Made by a program: the position numbers and the translations under genes. From positions 1,121,879-1,185,878 of the forward strand of contig CAWCLH010000020.1 in assembly GCA_963796315.1 (NCBI GenBank): DNA of 64,000 nucleotides. Direction: 5' to 3'. Source of the DNA: an uncultured Actinomycetota bacterium (GTDB lineage: Bacteria > Actinomycetota > Thermoleophilia > RBG-16-64-13). The notes under the pieces were generated by a model, which was given only the letters and a program-made list of their open reading frames with translations, was not told the DNA's origin and ran no database searches. Shown piece after piece: positions 1-14,957 of the stretch; positions within the stretch are counted from its first letter, which is position 1; each line of letters begins with the position of its first letter.

Positions 1-1582
1 TGACCCGATTGAGGCCGTGCTCCTTGATGGTGTCGGTGATCTCCTTGGCGGAGTTCGTCGCGCAGGAGAAGAGCTGATCGGTGGCGTAGACCACGTCCGG
101 CAGGGAAAGGGCGTACTCCACCGTGGAGGGGACCCCCACGATCCGGCCGATGTTGGCGCCGCAGTGGCACACGAAGACGCCGATCTTGGGACGCTCCAGG
201 GACACGTCCCTCTCCAGCGGATACTCGCGCTCCTCCGAGAGCTTCCCCCGACGGTGGTCCAGGAGCTCGCCGATCTGCGAACCCGCCGCGCTGGCCGTGA
301 TGACCGACTCGGGGATGTCCGTGGGCCCCTGGAAGCCTCCGCTCACGAAGACGCCCGGTCGGCTGGATTCCATGGGGTTCGCGGAGAGGGATCGGTTGAA
401 GCCGTGATCGTTGAGCTCGATGCCGAAGGTGTCCGCCAGGCCTTTCGCGCCGGCCGGGGGATTCAACCCCACGGACAGCACCACCAGGTCGAACTCTTCT
501 TCCTTGACCCCTTCATCCTCCGTGGCATACCGGATGGTGACGTTCTTGGTCTCCGGATCCTCCCGGTCGATGGACACGTAGCTCCGGAGGAACCGCACCC
601 CGGGGAGGCCTTCGGCCCGCTGGTAGTACCGTTCGAAATCCTTGCCGAAGGAGCGGATGTCGTTGTGGAAGACCGTGCACTCGGTCTCCGCATCGTGTTC
701 CTTGGTCAGGATCACCTGCTTCTGCGTGTAGGTGCAGCACACCCCCGAACAGTAGCTGTTCGCCCCGGGAGTCACGGCCCGAGAGCCGACGCACTGGACC
801 CAAGCCACCTTGCGCGGGTGCTGCCGGTCCGAGGTCCGCCGGATCTCACCCTGGTACGGCCCGGTGGCGCACATGATGCGCTCGTAGTCCATGCTGGTGA
901 CGACGTTCTCGAACCGACCGTACTTGTACCGCTCCACGGCCACCGGATCGAACGGCTCGACCCCGGGTGAGAGGATGACGGCGCCCACGTTCACCACCAA
1001 CTCCTCCGGCTCCTGGCGCAGGTCGATGGCGTTGTTCTTGCAGACGCTCTCGCAGATGCCGCACTTCTTTTCCTTCAGGTACAGGCAGCTCTCGTCTATG
1101 TAGGTCACCAGGGGGATGGCCTGGGCGAAGTAGACGTGGACCGCCTTGCTGTCCGAGATGCCCTGGTTGAAGGGGTCCGGGGTGTTGATCGGACAGTAAT
1201 CGACACACACGGTGCAACCCGTGCAGTTCTCCTCGATGATGTAGCGGGGCTTCTTGGTCAGGGTGACGGTGAAGTCACCCTGGGTTCCCTTGACGCTCTC
1301 GACCTCGGTGTACGTCAGGACTTCTATGTTGGGCTGCCGGCCGACCTCGACCAGTTTAGGCGAGAGTATTCACATCGAGCAGTCGTTCGTGGGGAACGTC
1401 TTGTCGAGTTGGGCCATGTGCCCGCCGATGGAAGGTGCCTTCTCGACCAGGTAGACCTTGAAACCGGCGGAGGCGAGATCGAGGGAGGCCTGCACGCCGC
1501 TGATGCCTCCACCGACGATCATCACGTCGCCGAAGGCCTTCTCCGCCAATCCTTGGCGCAACTGCTCGAACTGATCGCTCAT
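1..1582 (-). CDS. hdrA: HdrA-like heterodisulfide reductase flavoprotein; C-terminus lies beyond the window edge; in-frame TGA at 1370-1372 read as selenocysteine
   Basis: Minus frame is open from position 1 to ATG 1582 (alternative ATG 1600). N-terminal FAD fold [20 protein letters not shown]. Motif [23 protein letters not shown] places the TGA where HdrA homologs carry Cys/Sec. Ferredoxin-type clusters [12 protein letters not shown] and CGICESVCK follow, and CHCGANIG lies near the edge. Confidence 0.85.
1337..1354 (-). promoter_or_regulatory. Candidate SECIS-like hairpin downstream of the hdrA UGA
   Basis: mRNA CUGGUC-GAGGUC-GGCCGG: 6-bp stem (two G.U pairs) with a 6-nt loop, starting 15 nt after UGA 1372..1370. 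Confidence 0.4.
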
Positions 1583-1982
1583 TGACCGGTCCTTTCCCAT
1601 GGGCGACTCGGCGATCACTCCATGCTGCATCACGTCTTCGCAGGGGCCGCCTCGCGTGGCTCCCCGTCGCACCGGACGAAGGTGGACGGGTGTCCGCCAC
1701 GGTGCGCGTCCGGATCTTGGTCCTGGTACCCCCCCGGGCAGGCGCCGCGGCTCTGGGCCGCGACGACAAAAGATGGCACCACGCTGGTGGTTCCTTGCTA
1801 GCCACGCACACCATACACCCGCCCCGGCACGGTGTCCACTCTTTTTGGTTGGCCGACCAGTCAGGATACGCCGCCGCCCCAGCGTCGCCGCCGCCACCGC
1901 CGCCGCCAGCGGGGCGAGCGACGCGACGCCTCGCCTCAGCCGGCGGCGGGGAGTACCTAGACCTCGGGCTCGGCGACGGGGT

Positions 1983-3284
1983 TCACCACGTCAAGGCCTC
2001 CACTCGACCCATGATGACGTCCATGTGGCGCAGGTGGTGCGAGGGGTCGAAGAGCGTCTCGACGGCGCTCTCCGAGAGGTGGGCCGTGACTTCCTCGTCG
2101 CTCAGCAGGAGTTCCTTGAACGAGCGCTTCTCCTGCCAGGCGCGCATGGCGTTCCGCTGGACCATGGCGTACGCTTCCTCCCGCAGCAGACCGGCCTTCA
2201 CCAGGGTCAACAAGACCCGCTGGCTGTACACCAAGCCGTAGCTGCGCTCGACGTTGGCCGCCATCGTCTCCGGGTAGACCAGCAGACGGTCGATCAAGGA
2301 GGTCGCCTTCTTCAGCATGTAGTGGAGCAGGATGGTGCTATCCGGCAGGATGATGCGCTCCACGCTCGAGTGGCTGATGTCCCGTTCGTGCCAGAGGGGC
2401 ACGTTCTCGAAGGCGGCCAGCATGTTGCCCCGGATGACGCGGGCCTGGCCGGCCAGGCGCTCCGAGATGATGGGGTTGCGTTTGTGCGGCATGGCCGAGG
2501 AGCCCTTCTGACCGGGGGCGAAGTACTCCTCCGCCTCCAGCACCTCGGTGCGCTGCAGATGGCGCACCTCGATCGCGATCTTCTCGATGGTGCCGGCCAA
2601 CAGGGCCAGCGCGCTCATGAAGGCGGCGTGGCGGTCGCGCTGGACCACCTGCGTGGACACCGGCGCCGCCCCGAGCCCCAGCCGCGCCATCACCTTCTCC
2701 TCCACCCGAGGGTCGACGTTGGCGTAGGTGCCCACCGCGCCGGAGATCTTGCCCACCGCGACCTCGTCGATGGCCCGCTGGAGCCGTTCGAGCCCCCGGC
2801 GCACCTCGAAAGCGTAGAGGCCCAGGACCATGCCGAAGGTGATGGGCTCCGCGTGGACGCCGTGGCTGCGGCCGATCATGACCGTGTCCCGGTGCTCGAG
2901 CGCGCGGCGTTGGAGGGTCTTCCCCAGGTCGCGGGTGGCCTCCACCAGCAGGGCGCCGGCGCGCTTGAGCTGCAGGGCGAGCCCCGTATCCAGCACGTCG
3001 GAGGAGGTCATGCCCAGGTGGATGAAACGGGAGGCGTCCCCCACGTGCTCGTTGACGTTGGTCAGGAAGGCGATGACGTCGTGCTGCGTCACCTCCTCGA
3101 TCTCCTGGACGCGCTGCACCTCGAAGCGTGCCCCGGCCCGGATCTGAGCCAGTGCGTCGGCGGGCACCTCGCCCAGCTCGGCCCAGGCCTCGCAGGCCGC
3201 CAGCTCCACGTCCAGCCACGCCTGCAGCTTGGCCTCCTCGGTCCACAGCGCGGCCATCTCCGGGGTGGAGTAGCGGGCGATCAC
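1983..3284 (-). CDS. purB: Adenylosuccinate lyase
   Basis: 433-aa ORF starting [27 protein letters not shown], with the fumarate-lyase signature [11 protein letters not shown]. Overlaps the purE stop by 4 nt. Confidence 0.95.
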   Translation of the reverse strand: MIARYSTPEMAALWTEEAKLQAWLDVELAACEAWAELGEVPADALAQIRAGARFEVQRVQEIEEVTQHDVIAFLTNVNEHVGDASRFIHLGMTSSDVLDTGLALQLKRAGALLVEATRDLGKTLQRRALEHRDTVMIGRSHGVHAEPITFGMVLGLYAFEVRRGLERLQRAIDEVAVGKISGAVGTYANVDPRVEEKVMARLGLGAAPVSTQVVQRDRHAAFMSALALLAGTIEKIAIEVRHLQRTEVLEAEEYFAPGQKGSSAMPHKRNPIISERLAGQARVIRGNMLAAFENVPLWHERDISHSSVERIILPDSTILLHYMLKKATSLIDRLLVYPETMAANVERSYGLVYSQRVLLTLVKAGLLREEAYAMVQRNAMRAWQEKRSFKELLLSDEEVTAHLSESAVETLFDPSHHLRHMDVIMGRVEALTW

Positions 3285-3770
3285 GCCCGGGGCCCTTCGG
3301 GTGCCTCGGTGGACAGGGTCGCATCCGGGAACCAGCCGAGCCGCAGGATCTTCGCCGCCAGGATGCCGGCGTTGCGGGCCCCGTTGATGGCCACGCAGGC
3401 GACGGGCACCCCCTTCGGCATCTGCACGATGGAGAGCAGGGAGTCCAGCCCACCCAGGTCCGACGTGCGGATGGGCACGCCGATCACGGGCAACTCGGTG
3501 TAGGAGGCGACCACGCCGGGCAGGGCGGCCGCCTTCCCGGCGCCGGCGATCAGTACCTTGATGCCCCGGGCTTCCGCGCTCATGGCGTACTCGCGCAGCT
3601 GCTCCGGGTTCCGATGCGCCGAGATGACGTTGACCTCGTACGAGATGCCCCGCTCGGCCAGCTCGTCCGCCGCCTCCTGCATCACGTCCATATCGGACTG
3701 CGACCCCATCAGGATCCCCACCAGGGGAGCGTCGAGCTCCAGGTCCTCCAGCAGCGCCCGGACGTCCGGT

Positions 3771-3787
<17 letters not shown>
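3281..3787 (-). CDS. purE: 5-(carboxyamino)imidazole ribonucleotide mutase
   Basis: 168 aa with [17 protein letters not shown] and [13 protein letters not shown] motifs. Confidence 0.93.
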
Positions 3788-8044
<4,257 letters not shown>

Positions 8045-8048
<4 letters not shown>

Positions 8049-8972
8049 GCCTCACCTTCCGCCGCCGGGAGGTCCTCGCTAGCCCGTGGCCCACGGCGAG
8101 CCACATGTCGCGGGAGGCCGCCTCTCGATGCTCCAGGGCCGCGCGCAACTCGCGCGCCAGTCCGGTGGCCGGCCTGAGCGGGACGCCGTCCAGACTGCGG
8201 CAGGCGCAGACACCCAACAGGCTGCCGGTCAACAGCAACGATGCCGTCCGAGCCGCTCGAGCGGGATGCGGCCCTCGATCGTGTCTCTACCCAACTCTTC
8301 GGCAGCGGCGAGCACAGACCGTAGCGTCACGCCGGCCAGAGCGAGCCCCCGGGGCGGGCCCACGAGTCGCCGCCGTCCCACAGGAGCACGTTGGAGAAAG
8401 AGCCTTCCAGGAGCGTCGGCGGCTCCCCGCCCACGAGCAGGCACTCGAAAGCAGCGGCCGCCTCCGCCCGCCCTTTGCCCACGACGTCAGCCAGGTAGCT
8501 CCCCGACTTCAGCCACGGCAGGGGCCGGGTCAGGTCCGCGGCGGTGACCGCGTCCACGCCGTCCCGATAGACCGCATCGGGCAACGGCGCCACCGGCTCC
8601 ACCGTGGCGATCACCCGGGGCCGGCGCCCCTCAGCCGACGCCGTCAATCTTCGCCCTCCGCCCGGTTGGACCCGCCGGTCACCTGGATCCGGAGCGCTCC
8701 CCGGGGCACCGTCCGCGCCTCCAGCAGCCGCCGCAGGCCGGCGGTCAGCGCCGCCGGGTCCAGGGGGATGCCCAGCTCCCGGCACCCGGCAGCGAGACGG
8801 TCCAGGTGTTCGGCCCAGAGGCAGGGCGCCCCGTCGACCACCTTGAGCGTCTCGAACAGGCTCTCCCCGTACAGCAGCCCGCGGTCCAGCGCCGAGACGG
8901 TGGCCTCGGCCGGCGGGACCAGGCACCATCCGGCAGGCGCACATCGGGGAGAGGCGACGCCCGGTCAGTCAT
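8045..8972 (-). pseudogene. pabC: Class IV aminotransferase / aminodeoxychorismate lyase-like gene broken by at least 4 frameshifts
   Basis: Family-like segments lie in three frames. ATG 8972 gives MTDRASPLPDVRLPDGAW. Then SALDRGLLYGESLFETLKVVDG...LRIQVTGG (stop 8644), VIATVEP...LKSGSYLADVV...FSNVLLWDGG (stop 8327), LAGVTLRSVLAAAEELG (stop 8229), and LLLTGSLLGVCACRSLDG. Breaks are near 8920, 8645, 8385 and 8235. Confidence 0.6.
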
Positions 8973-10498
8973 CGGGGCCGGCCATCTGACCCTCCGTCAA
9001 GATCGCCGCCTGGCGCGCCGCCCGCACCGTCGCCTCGGGCCTTGCTCAGCGTCTCCAGGTACTCCCGCTCGGGGTCGGAATCGGCCACGATCCCCCCTCC
9101 CGCCTGCGCGAAGAGGCTATCCCCTTCGCGCACCAGGGTACGGATGACGATGTTCATGTCCATGTCGCCGCGGTAGCCCAGCCAACCGAACGACCCCGTG
9201 TAGGCGCCGCGACGCACCGACTCCAGCTCGTCGATGATCTCCATGCAGCGCACCTTGGGGCATCCCGTGATGGTGCCGCCGGGGAACATGGCCCGCAGCA
9301 GGTCCACCGAGTCCCGGCCCTCGGCCAGCCGCCCGGTGACGTTGCTCACGATGTGGATGACATGCGAGTAGCGCTCGTTCACCATCAGCTCGTCCACGTG
9401 GACCGAGCCGTACTCGGCCACCCTCCCCAGGTCGTTCCGCTCCAGGTCGACCAACATGATGTGCTCGGCGCGCTCCTTCGGGTCCAGGTTGAGGTCGGCC
9501 GCCAGGGCGCCGTCCTCCGAGAAGTCCTTGCCTCGGCGCCGCGTCCCCGCGATCGGGCGCGTGTCGGCGATGCGTCCGCGCAGCCGGACGAGCCGTTCCG
9601 GCGAGCTCGAGAAGAGCTCGTAGCCGGAGAGTCGCAGGTAGCCGGCAAAGGGCGAGGGGTTGACGCCACGGAGCACCCGGTACAGCAGGGACGAGCCCCC
9701 GCGGTAGGGCAGTTCCAGGCGCTGCGAGAGGTTCACTTGGAAGACGTCGCCGGCCCACACGTACTCGCGGGCGCGGGCGACGATCGCCCGGAAGGCGTCG
9801 GGCGTCATGTTCGAGGAGGTGCGCAGGCTCTCGTCCCGGCTGTGCCCCTCCACGGTCAGGTCCACGTCGCCGCGGGGAGCCCGGGCCGCCCGGGAGACCG
9901 CCTCCTCCATCTCCTCCAGGGCGGCCGGCGTCTCCGCCACCGCCACCACGTGGCCGAGGTCGTGCCGGAAACAGAGCCAGCGGGTCGGGAAGATCAGGTC
10001 GAGGTCGGGGATGAGGAGGTCGTCGCTGGTGGTGTCCGGCAACGGCTCGATGGAGCGGCCCGCGTCGTAGGAGACCAGGCCGTAGGCCCCCACCCAGCTC
10101 AGGTCCTCCGCCCAGCTCTCTCCGGGAAGGGCTCCCAAGGGACGCACCAGCTCCGATCGGGCCGCGAGCAGCGCGCGCAGCGCGAGGAACGGGTCGCCCG
10201 AGGACTCCTCCCGCCTCCAGGCCTGCCCGGCGGCCGGCCCCTTCTCGCCCTCGCGCCCCAGGGGGCGGGTGACCACCACGCGCCCGTCCTTCGCCCAAAG
10301 ATGGGCTTCCGGGGCCCAGGCAAGGAGCGACCGCTGCGCCAGGCGAGGGCTACCCCCGGCACTGTCCAGGAGGACGCACTGTCGTTCGGGGTCGGCCGGG
10401 GGGCCGTCCGGGCGCCCGCCGGCCGCCGGGAAGAGCCCCAGGGCCTCCAGCAATTCGGCCGGCCGGTAGGCGTATGGTCCCAGCAGGCGGGCGTACAT
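8969..10498 (-). CDS. pabB: Aminodeoxychorismate/anthranilate synthase component I
   Basis: 509 aa with chorismate-binding motifs FPGGTITGCPKVRCMEIIDELE and GAYTGSFGWLGY. The last ~25 codons (GDGAGGAPGG...) look out of frame. The alternative frame after a CCC run near 9040 reads KAEATVRAARQAAILTEGQ and stops at TGA 8966-8968. Confidence 0.85.
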   Translation of the reverse strand: MYARLLGPYAYRPAELLEALGLFPAAGGRPDGPPADPERQCVLLDSAGGSPRLAQRSLLAWAPEAHLWAKDGRVVVTRPLGREGEKGPAAGQAWRREESSGDPFLALRALLAARSELVRPLGALPGESWAEDLSWVGAYGLVSYDAGRSIEPLPDTTSDDLLIPDLDLIFPTRWLCFRHDLGHVVAVAETPAALEEMEEAVSRAARAPRGDVDLTVEGHSRDESLRTSSNMTPDAFRAIVARAREYVWAGDVFQVNLSQRLELPYRGGSSLLYRVLRGVNPSPFAGYLRLSGYELFSSSPERLVRLRGRIADTRPIAGTRRRGKDFSEDGALAADLNLDPKERAEHIMLVDLERNDLGRVAEYGSVHVDELMVNERYSHVIHIVSNVTGRLAEGRDSVDLLRAMFPGGTITGCPKVRCMEIIDELESVRRGAYTGSFGWLGYRGDMDMNIVIRTLVREGDSLFAQAGGGIVADSDPEREYLETLSKARGDGAGGAPGGDLDGGSDGRPR

Positions 10499-10501
10499 CG
10501 G

Positions 10502-12310
10502 CTAGGGCTTCACTCGGGCGTCCTGAGGCAGGTCGTTGAACCGAGTGTAGTTCTGGATGAACGCCAGCTTGCAGTCGCCGATCGGCCCGTTCCTCTGCTT
10601 GCCCACGATGATCTCGGCGATGCCCTTGTCGGGGCTCTCCTTGTTGTAGACCTCGTCTCGGTAGATGAAGAGCACGCAGTCCGCGTCCTGTTCGATCGCG
10701 CCCGAGTTGTGACTGACGATGCCGTCCCCGGTCAGCCAGTTGGCGGGTCCCGGGACAGTCAGGTCAAAGACCTCCTCCTCGCCGTCAGGGGTGACGGAAA
10801 CCACCCGATCCCAATAGAGGTCGCTTGTCGCTTCCGCCCTCAGGCCGTCGTCATCCCGTAGCGCGACCCGATCGCCAGGGCTCAGTTCCTGCACACGCTT
10901 CCACCCGGAAGCATCCAGCACGCGGTGGCGACCGGTAGCGCGAAGTCGACGCCCGCTGGCGAGTCGCACCTCAAAGACGGGTCGGGTGCCTACGCTCCAC
11001 ACACAGTCGCTCTGTCGCCGAGACGAGCTTATGGTCTTTCTGAGACGGCAAGGACCTCGAGGCCGGCTCCCGACGAGATCGCGGATGGGTGCGCGCTGCC
11101 CGTTCTCCAACTGGACTAGCGTGTCGCCGGTCACGCACTCCCTCAGATCCGACAGCACCGGCCGGTTCCCGGCGCGCTGCTCCACCTGCCGGGAGAGCTG
11201 GGACAGGGCGAGCACGGGCACGTCCAGATCGCGGGCCAGGATCTTCAAGCCGCGGGAGATGCGGGAGATCTCCTGCTGCCGGTTCTCCGCCGAGGAGTCT
11301 CCGACCATCAGCTGCAGGTAGTCGATGACCACCAATCCCAGGTTGTGCTCCTTCGCCTTCAGCCGGCGGCACTTGGAGCGGATCTCCATCAGGTTGATGG
11401 AGGCGGTGTCGTCGATGAAGATGGGCGCGTTGTAGAGCGGGGTGCAGGCGGCGGTCAGCTTGGTCCACTCGGCCGCCTGGAATTGCCCATGCCGCAGCCG
11501 CTGGCTGTCCACCCGGGCCTCCGAGCACATGATGCGCTGGACCAGCTCGAGCTTGGCCATCTCCAGGCTGAACAAGGCCACACCCTGCCCTTGACCGACG
11601 GCGACGTTGCGCGCGACGTTCAGCGCGAACGCGGTCTTCCCCATGGAGGGCCGCGCAGCGAGGATGATCAGGTTGGCGGGCTGGAAGCCGGTGATGATCT
11701 CGTCCAACCGCCGGAAGCCGGACTCCACACCCCGGGAGCGGCGCCCCTCGGCCATGGTCTTCTCCAGCTCGGTGAAGCTCTCGCTGATCACCTCGCCGAT
11801 GGGGACGAACTCGCTGGAGACCTTGTTCTGGGAGATGTCGAAGACCATCTGCTCGGCCCGGTCGATCAGATCCAAGGGCTGGCCTTCGCGCCGGTACCCC
11901 AACTCGGCGATGTCGGTGCCCACGCCGATCAGGGAGCGGAGCAGGTAGTTCTCGCGGACGATCTCCGCGTAGTAGCGGGCGTTCGTCGCGGCCGGCACCG
12001 CCGCCACCAGGCTGTGCACGTAGGCCTTGCCCCCGACCAACTCCAGGGCGGCCCGGTTGCTCAACTCCTCGCTGACGGTGATGGGGTCGACCGGCTCCCC
12101 CCGCGAGTAGAGGTGCTCCACCACCTCGTAGATCAGCTGGTGCGAGCGCCGGTAGAAATGCTGCGGCTGCAGCACCTCGGTGACGCCGGCGATCAGGTTG
12201 GGCGCCACCATGAGCGCTCCGAGCACCGACACCTCGGCGTCGAGATTCTGAGGCGGGACGTGGTCCCCCGGATCACGGCCGCCCGGGCCGTCCTGCGTGG
12301 CAAACACCAT
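10502..12310 (-). CDS. dnaB: Replicative DNA helicase DnaB, interrupted by a mini-intein
   Basis: 602-aa ORF with N-terminal PPQNLDAEVSVLGALM and Walker A ARPSMGKTAFAL. Extein junction is SDLRE|C...HN|SGAIEQDADCVLFIYRD. Confidence 0.93.
   Translation of the reverse strand: MVFATQDGPGGRDPGDHVPPQNLDAEVSVLGALMVAPNLIAGVTEVLQPQHFYRRSHQLIYEVVEHLYSRGEPVDPITVSEELSNRAALELVGGKAYVHSLVAAVPAATNARYYAEIVRENYLLRSLIGVGTDIAELGYRREGQPLDLIDRAEQMVFDISQNKVSSEFVPIGEVISESFTELEKTMAEGRRSRGVESGFRRLDEIITGFQPANLIILAARPSMGKTAFALNVARNVAVGQGQGVALFSLEMAKLELVQRIMCSEARVDSQRLRHGQFQAAEWTKLTAACTPLYNAPIFIDDTASINLMEIRSKCRRLKAKEHNLGLVVIDYLQLMVGDSSAENRQQEISRISRGLKILARDLDVPVLALSQLSRQVEQRAGNRPVLSDLRECVTGDTLVQLENGQRAPIRDLVGSRPRGPCRLRKTISSSRRQSDCVWSVGTRPVFEVRLASGRRLRATGRHRVLDASGWKRVQELSPGDRVALRDDDGLRAEATSDLYWDRVVSVTPDGEEEVFDLTVPGPANWLTGDGIVSHNSGAIEQDADCVLFIYRDEVYNKESPDKGIAEIIVGKQRNGPIGDCKLAFIQNYTRFNDLPQDARVKP
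10706..11137 (-). mobile_element. DnaB mini-intein (144 codons, no homing-endonuclease domain)
   Basis: Begins CVTGDTLV (Cys1 codon 11137..11135). Block B-like ATGRHRVLDASGWKRV. Ends EEVFDLTVPGPANWLTGDGIVSHN|S (Asn codon 10708..10706). Closely resembles the Ssp DnaB mini-intein and sits at the same RESG/SIEQDAD extein site. Confidence 0.85.
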
Positions 12311-12352
12311 GTCGGTCTCCCCCGGCTCGGCTACTCTCCGGGTCGCGCGGTC

Positions 12353-12811
12353 CTACTCCTCGCCTTGGGCGACGACGATGACCTTGACCTCCGCCGGCTC
12401 GACCGTCTCGTGGACGTCGACGTGCACCATGTGGGTGCCCAGGGTCTTGATCGGCTCGTCGAGCATGACCTTCCGCTTGTCCACCCGCAGCTTGCGGGCG
12501 GCGAACAGCGCCGAGGCGATGTCCTGATTGGTCACCGACCCGAAGATCCGGTCTCCGGTCCCGGCCGCCATGGGGATGGTCAGCACCGTCTTGGACAGCA
12601 GGTCGCGGGTCTCCTCAGCCTGCTCGGCCTCGCGATGCTCCCGGGCCTCCTTCTCGGCCACCGCCTTCTGCACCGTGGCGATGCGGGCCGGCGTGGCCAT
12701 CTGCGCCAGCTGGCGCGGGAAGAGGAAGTTACGGGCGTAACCGTCGGAGACGGCGGCCACCTCGCCTTTCTTCCCAAGCTTGTCGACGTCCTGCAGCAGG
12801 ATGACTTCCAT
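12353..12811 (-). CDS. rplI: 50S ribosomal protein L9
   Basis: 152 aa starting [32 protein letters not shown]. Confidence 0.93.
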   Translation of the reverse strand: MEVILLQDVDKLGKKGEVAAVSDGYARNFLFPRQLAQMATPARIATVQKAVAEKEAREHREAEQAEETRDLLSKTVLTIPMAAGTGDRIFGSVTNQDIASALFAARKLRVDKRKVMLDEPIKTLGTHMVHVDVHETVEPAEVKVIVVAQGEE

Positions 12812-13829
12812 CTACCACTCCTCTGAGTCGCCCCCGTCCTCGTCACCGGCGGGCGGTGCGGAGGGCGCGGGTTCGCGGGGGGCGAAGCGTTTTCTGTAGT
12901 CGAACCACGTATCCAAGAGGCCGACCCAACTCAACATCCACAGCATGAGTTGGCCGACGACGGCCCCTCCGTACAGCAGCGCTCGGCCTCCGCCGCCCAG
13001 GCGACGCGACACCGAGAACGAATGGACCAGCGCCAGACCCTGCAGAAAGTAGAGGGTCTGGAAGATCAAGAGCAGGTTGAGGCCGATCAAGCGGGCCGCC
13101 TCCGCCCCCGAGTCCAGCGAGGGAGACACGACCAGCAGGACCAGGCCCGCGATGAATCCGTACGCCATGCCCCAGTGCAACCGGAAACGGGCGAACGAGA
13201 GGTTGGAGGAGACCGCCTGACCGGCCCGCGGGAAGATGGAGCCGGCCAACGCCAGGCTCGCCGCGACCAGCAGGAGGCCGGCGATGGCGAACACGCTGGG
13301 CAGCAGGTACGGCAGGACGCGCAGGAGCGCCTGGAACTGCTGCGAGATCGAGTCGAGGGTCGCCTGCGTGACGCCCAAGGACGCATAGAGTTGCTTTGGC
13401 GGCCTGGAGCGACTGGTCCATGGACCGCTGGAGCTGCTCGCGGCTGAGGCCGGTCGTCACCCACAGGGCCAGGGCAAGAGCGCCCAGGCTGAGAGCGGCG
13501 GCGCCGGAGCCGGTCAGCAGGGTCACCGAGAAGTTCCAGTCGCGCCGGAGCGCGAGGCCCAACGCGATGCCTACCACGCCGGAGAGGCAGAGGGCCAGGA
13601 GCCCGTTGCCGGGACCGGCGAGGGCCAGGGTCAACGCGGCCGTACAGAAGGAGGCGGCCACGCCCACCGCGACGCCGCGCCGCAGCACGACGAAGGCCAG
13701 GGGCAGGGGCATGAACGCCATGAGCGGCAGCGATACCAGCGGCAGGAACGCGGCGGCCAGCGCGATGACGACGGCCAAGGCCACCGCCTTCCCCGCCTCG
13801 CTCACGGCCGGTGTGCTGAAGGTGCTCAT
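12812..13829 (-). CDS. DUF2232 (YybS-like) polytopic membrane protein, apparent frameshift at an A/T run 13395-13397
   Basis: The N-terminal half (ORF 12843..13829 up to SMDQSLQAAK) and C-terminal half (ORF 12812..13378, QLYASLGVTQATLDSI...) are both hydrophobic. The gene occupies the rpsR-rplI slot typical of this family. Confidence 0.7.
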
Positions 13830-13847
13830 GGACGGATCCGCCGCCTG

Positions 13848-14099
13848 CTACCGGTTACTGTAGGGGAGCAACGCCATCTCCCGAGCGCGCTTGATCGCGA
13901 TCGAGATCTGGTTCTGATGCCGCCGGCAGGCGCCCGTGGTGCGACGCGAACGGATCTTCGCGCGCTCCGACATGAACCGCCGCAGTAGGTTGTAGTCCTT
14001 GTAGTCGACCTGGTCGACCTTCTCTTTGCAGAAGTAACAGTACTTGCGCCGACGGTTCCCGCCCACGGGCCGGGCCCGGCGCCTTTTCTGGAAGGCCAC
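13848..14099 (-). CDS. rpsR: 30S ribosomal protein S18
   Basis: 83 aa with [31 protein letters not shown]. Confidence 0.95.
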   Translation of the reverse strand: MAFQKRRRARPVGGNRRRKYCYFCKEKVDQVDYKDYNLLRRFMSERAKIRSRRTTGACRRHQNQISIAIKRAREMALLPYSNR

Positions 14100-14165
14100 G
14101 ATGCCTTTCCTCCTCTGTCGCGTCGGCGCGGCGCGGCCCTGAGAGCCGCGCTCCGCCGGTCTTCA

Positions 14166-14612
14166 TCAGAACGGGATATCGTCCTCGTCGCCGAAGTCGA
14201 TGTCTTTGAAGTCCTCGGCCGGAGCCTTGTCGGCGGGCGGCGCGTACGACGACGAGCGGCCGCCTTCGCCGGCGCTGGAGCGCGCCGGGGAACACGACGC
14301 TGTTAGCGACGATCTCGACCTTGCTCCGCTTGGTGCCGTCTTGGGCTTCCCAACTGCGCTGGTCCAGCCGGCCATCGACGGCCACTTGGTTGCCCTTGGT
14401 CAGGTACTTGGCGCAGTTCTCGCCTTGCGCTCCCCAGACCACCACGTCGAAGTAGCTGGTCTTCTCGACCCATTGGCCGCTGCCGAGTCCTTGTACGAGG
14501 ACTCGACGGCGACGCTCAGCTCGCAGACGGACGTCCCGCTCGGCGGTTGCCGGAGCTCCGGGTCTCGAGTCAGATTGCCCACGAGGGTGACGTGGGCGAA
14601 GCCTCTGGCCAT
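14166..14612 (-). CDS. ssb: Single-stranded DNA-binding protein, two apparent frameshifts (~14480 and the G run 14287-14290)
   Basis: N-terminal MARGFAHVTLVGNLTRDPELR (ORF 14400..14612). Middle part QWVEKTSYFDVVVWGAQGENCAKYLTKGNQVAVDGRL is in a second frame. The acidic tail DFGDEDDIPF is in a third frame (ORF 14166..14375). Confidence 0.8.
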
Positions 14613-14615
14613 GAC

Positions 14616-14957
14616 TTACTCCTCGGGTGCGGCTTCTGCCGCCGGACGTTCACTGGTGACTGCGGCAAGCTCCGCCTCGAGCCGGACCGGCATGTACCGG
14701 ATCACGGCGTCGGTGATGCCCAGGACGCGGGTGACCTCGTCAAGGGCTTCGGCGGACGCCTCGAAGTAGATGACGTAGTAGAAGCCTTCGGTCATGTGGT
14801 CGATCTCGTAGGCGAAGCGGCGCTTGCCCCACTCGTCGACCTTGCCAAATACTCCGCCTCGGGACGTCAGGATGTCCTTGATCCGGTCGAGGATACCGGC
14901 GCGCGCGTCATCTTCGGTCTCGGCGCGCAGGATCAGCATCAGCTCATAGCTGTTCAG
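14616..14957 (-). CDS. rpsF: 30S ribosomal protein S6; likely non-ATG (CTG) start
   Basis: The listed ORF starts MLILRAETED at 14939. The upstream in-frame codons (C)TG-AAC-AGC-TAT-GAG-CTG add xNSYEL, matching the S6 N-terminus. GGAGG at 14967-14971 lies 9 nt before CTG 14957. Confidence 0.85.
   Translation of the reverse strand: MNSYELMLILRAETEDDARAGILDRIKDILTSRGGVFGKVDEWGKRRFAYEIDHMTEGFYYVIYFEASAEALDEVTRVLGITDAVIRYMPVRLEAELAAVTSERPAAEAAPEE

Noticed and set aside
1583-1982. 400-bp GC-rich gap between hdrA and purB as a possible RNA gene or repeat (GCC/GCG runs)
   Set aside because: I could not discern a convincing secondary structure, conserved motif or repeat unit. It is probably a promoter/5'-UTR region with simple GC-rich sequence.
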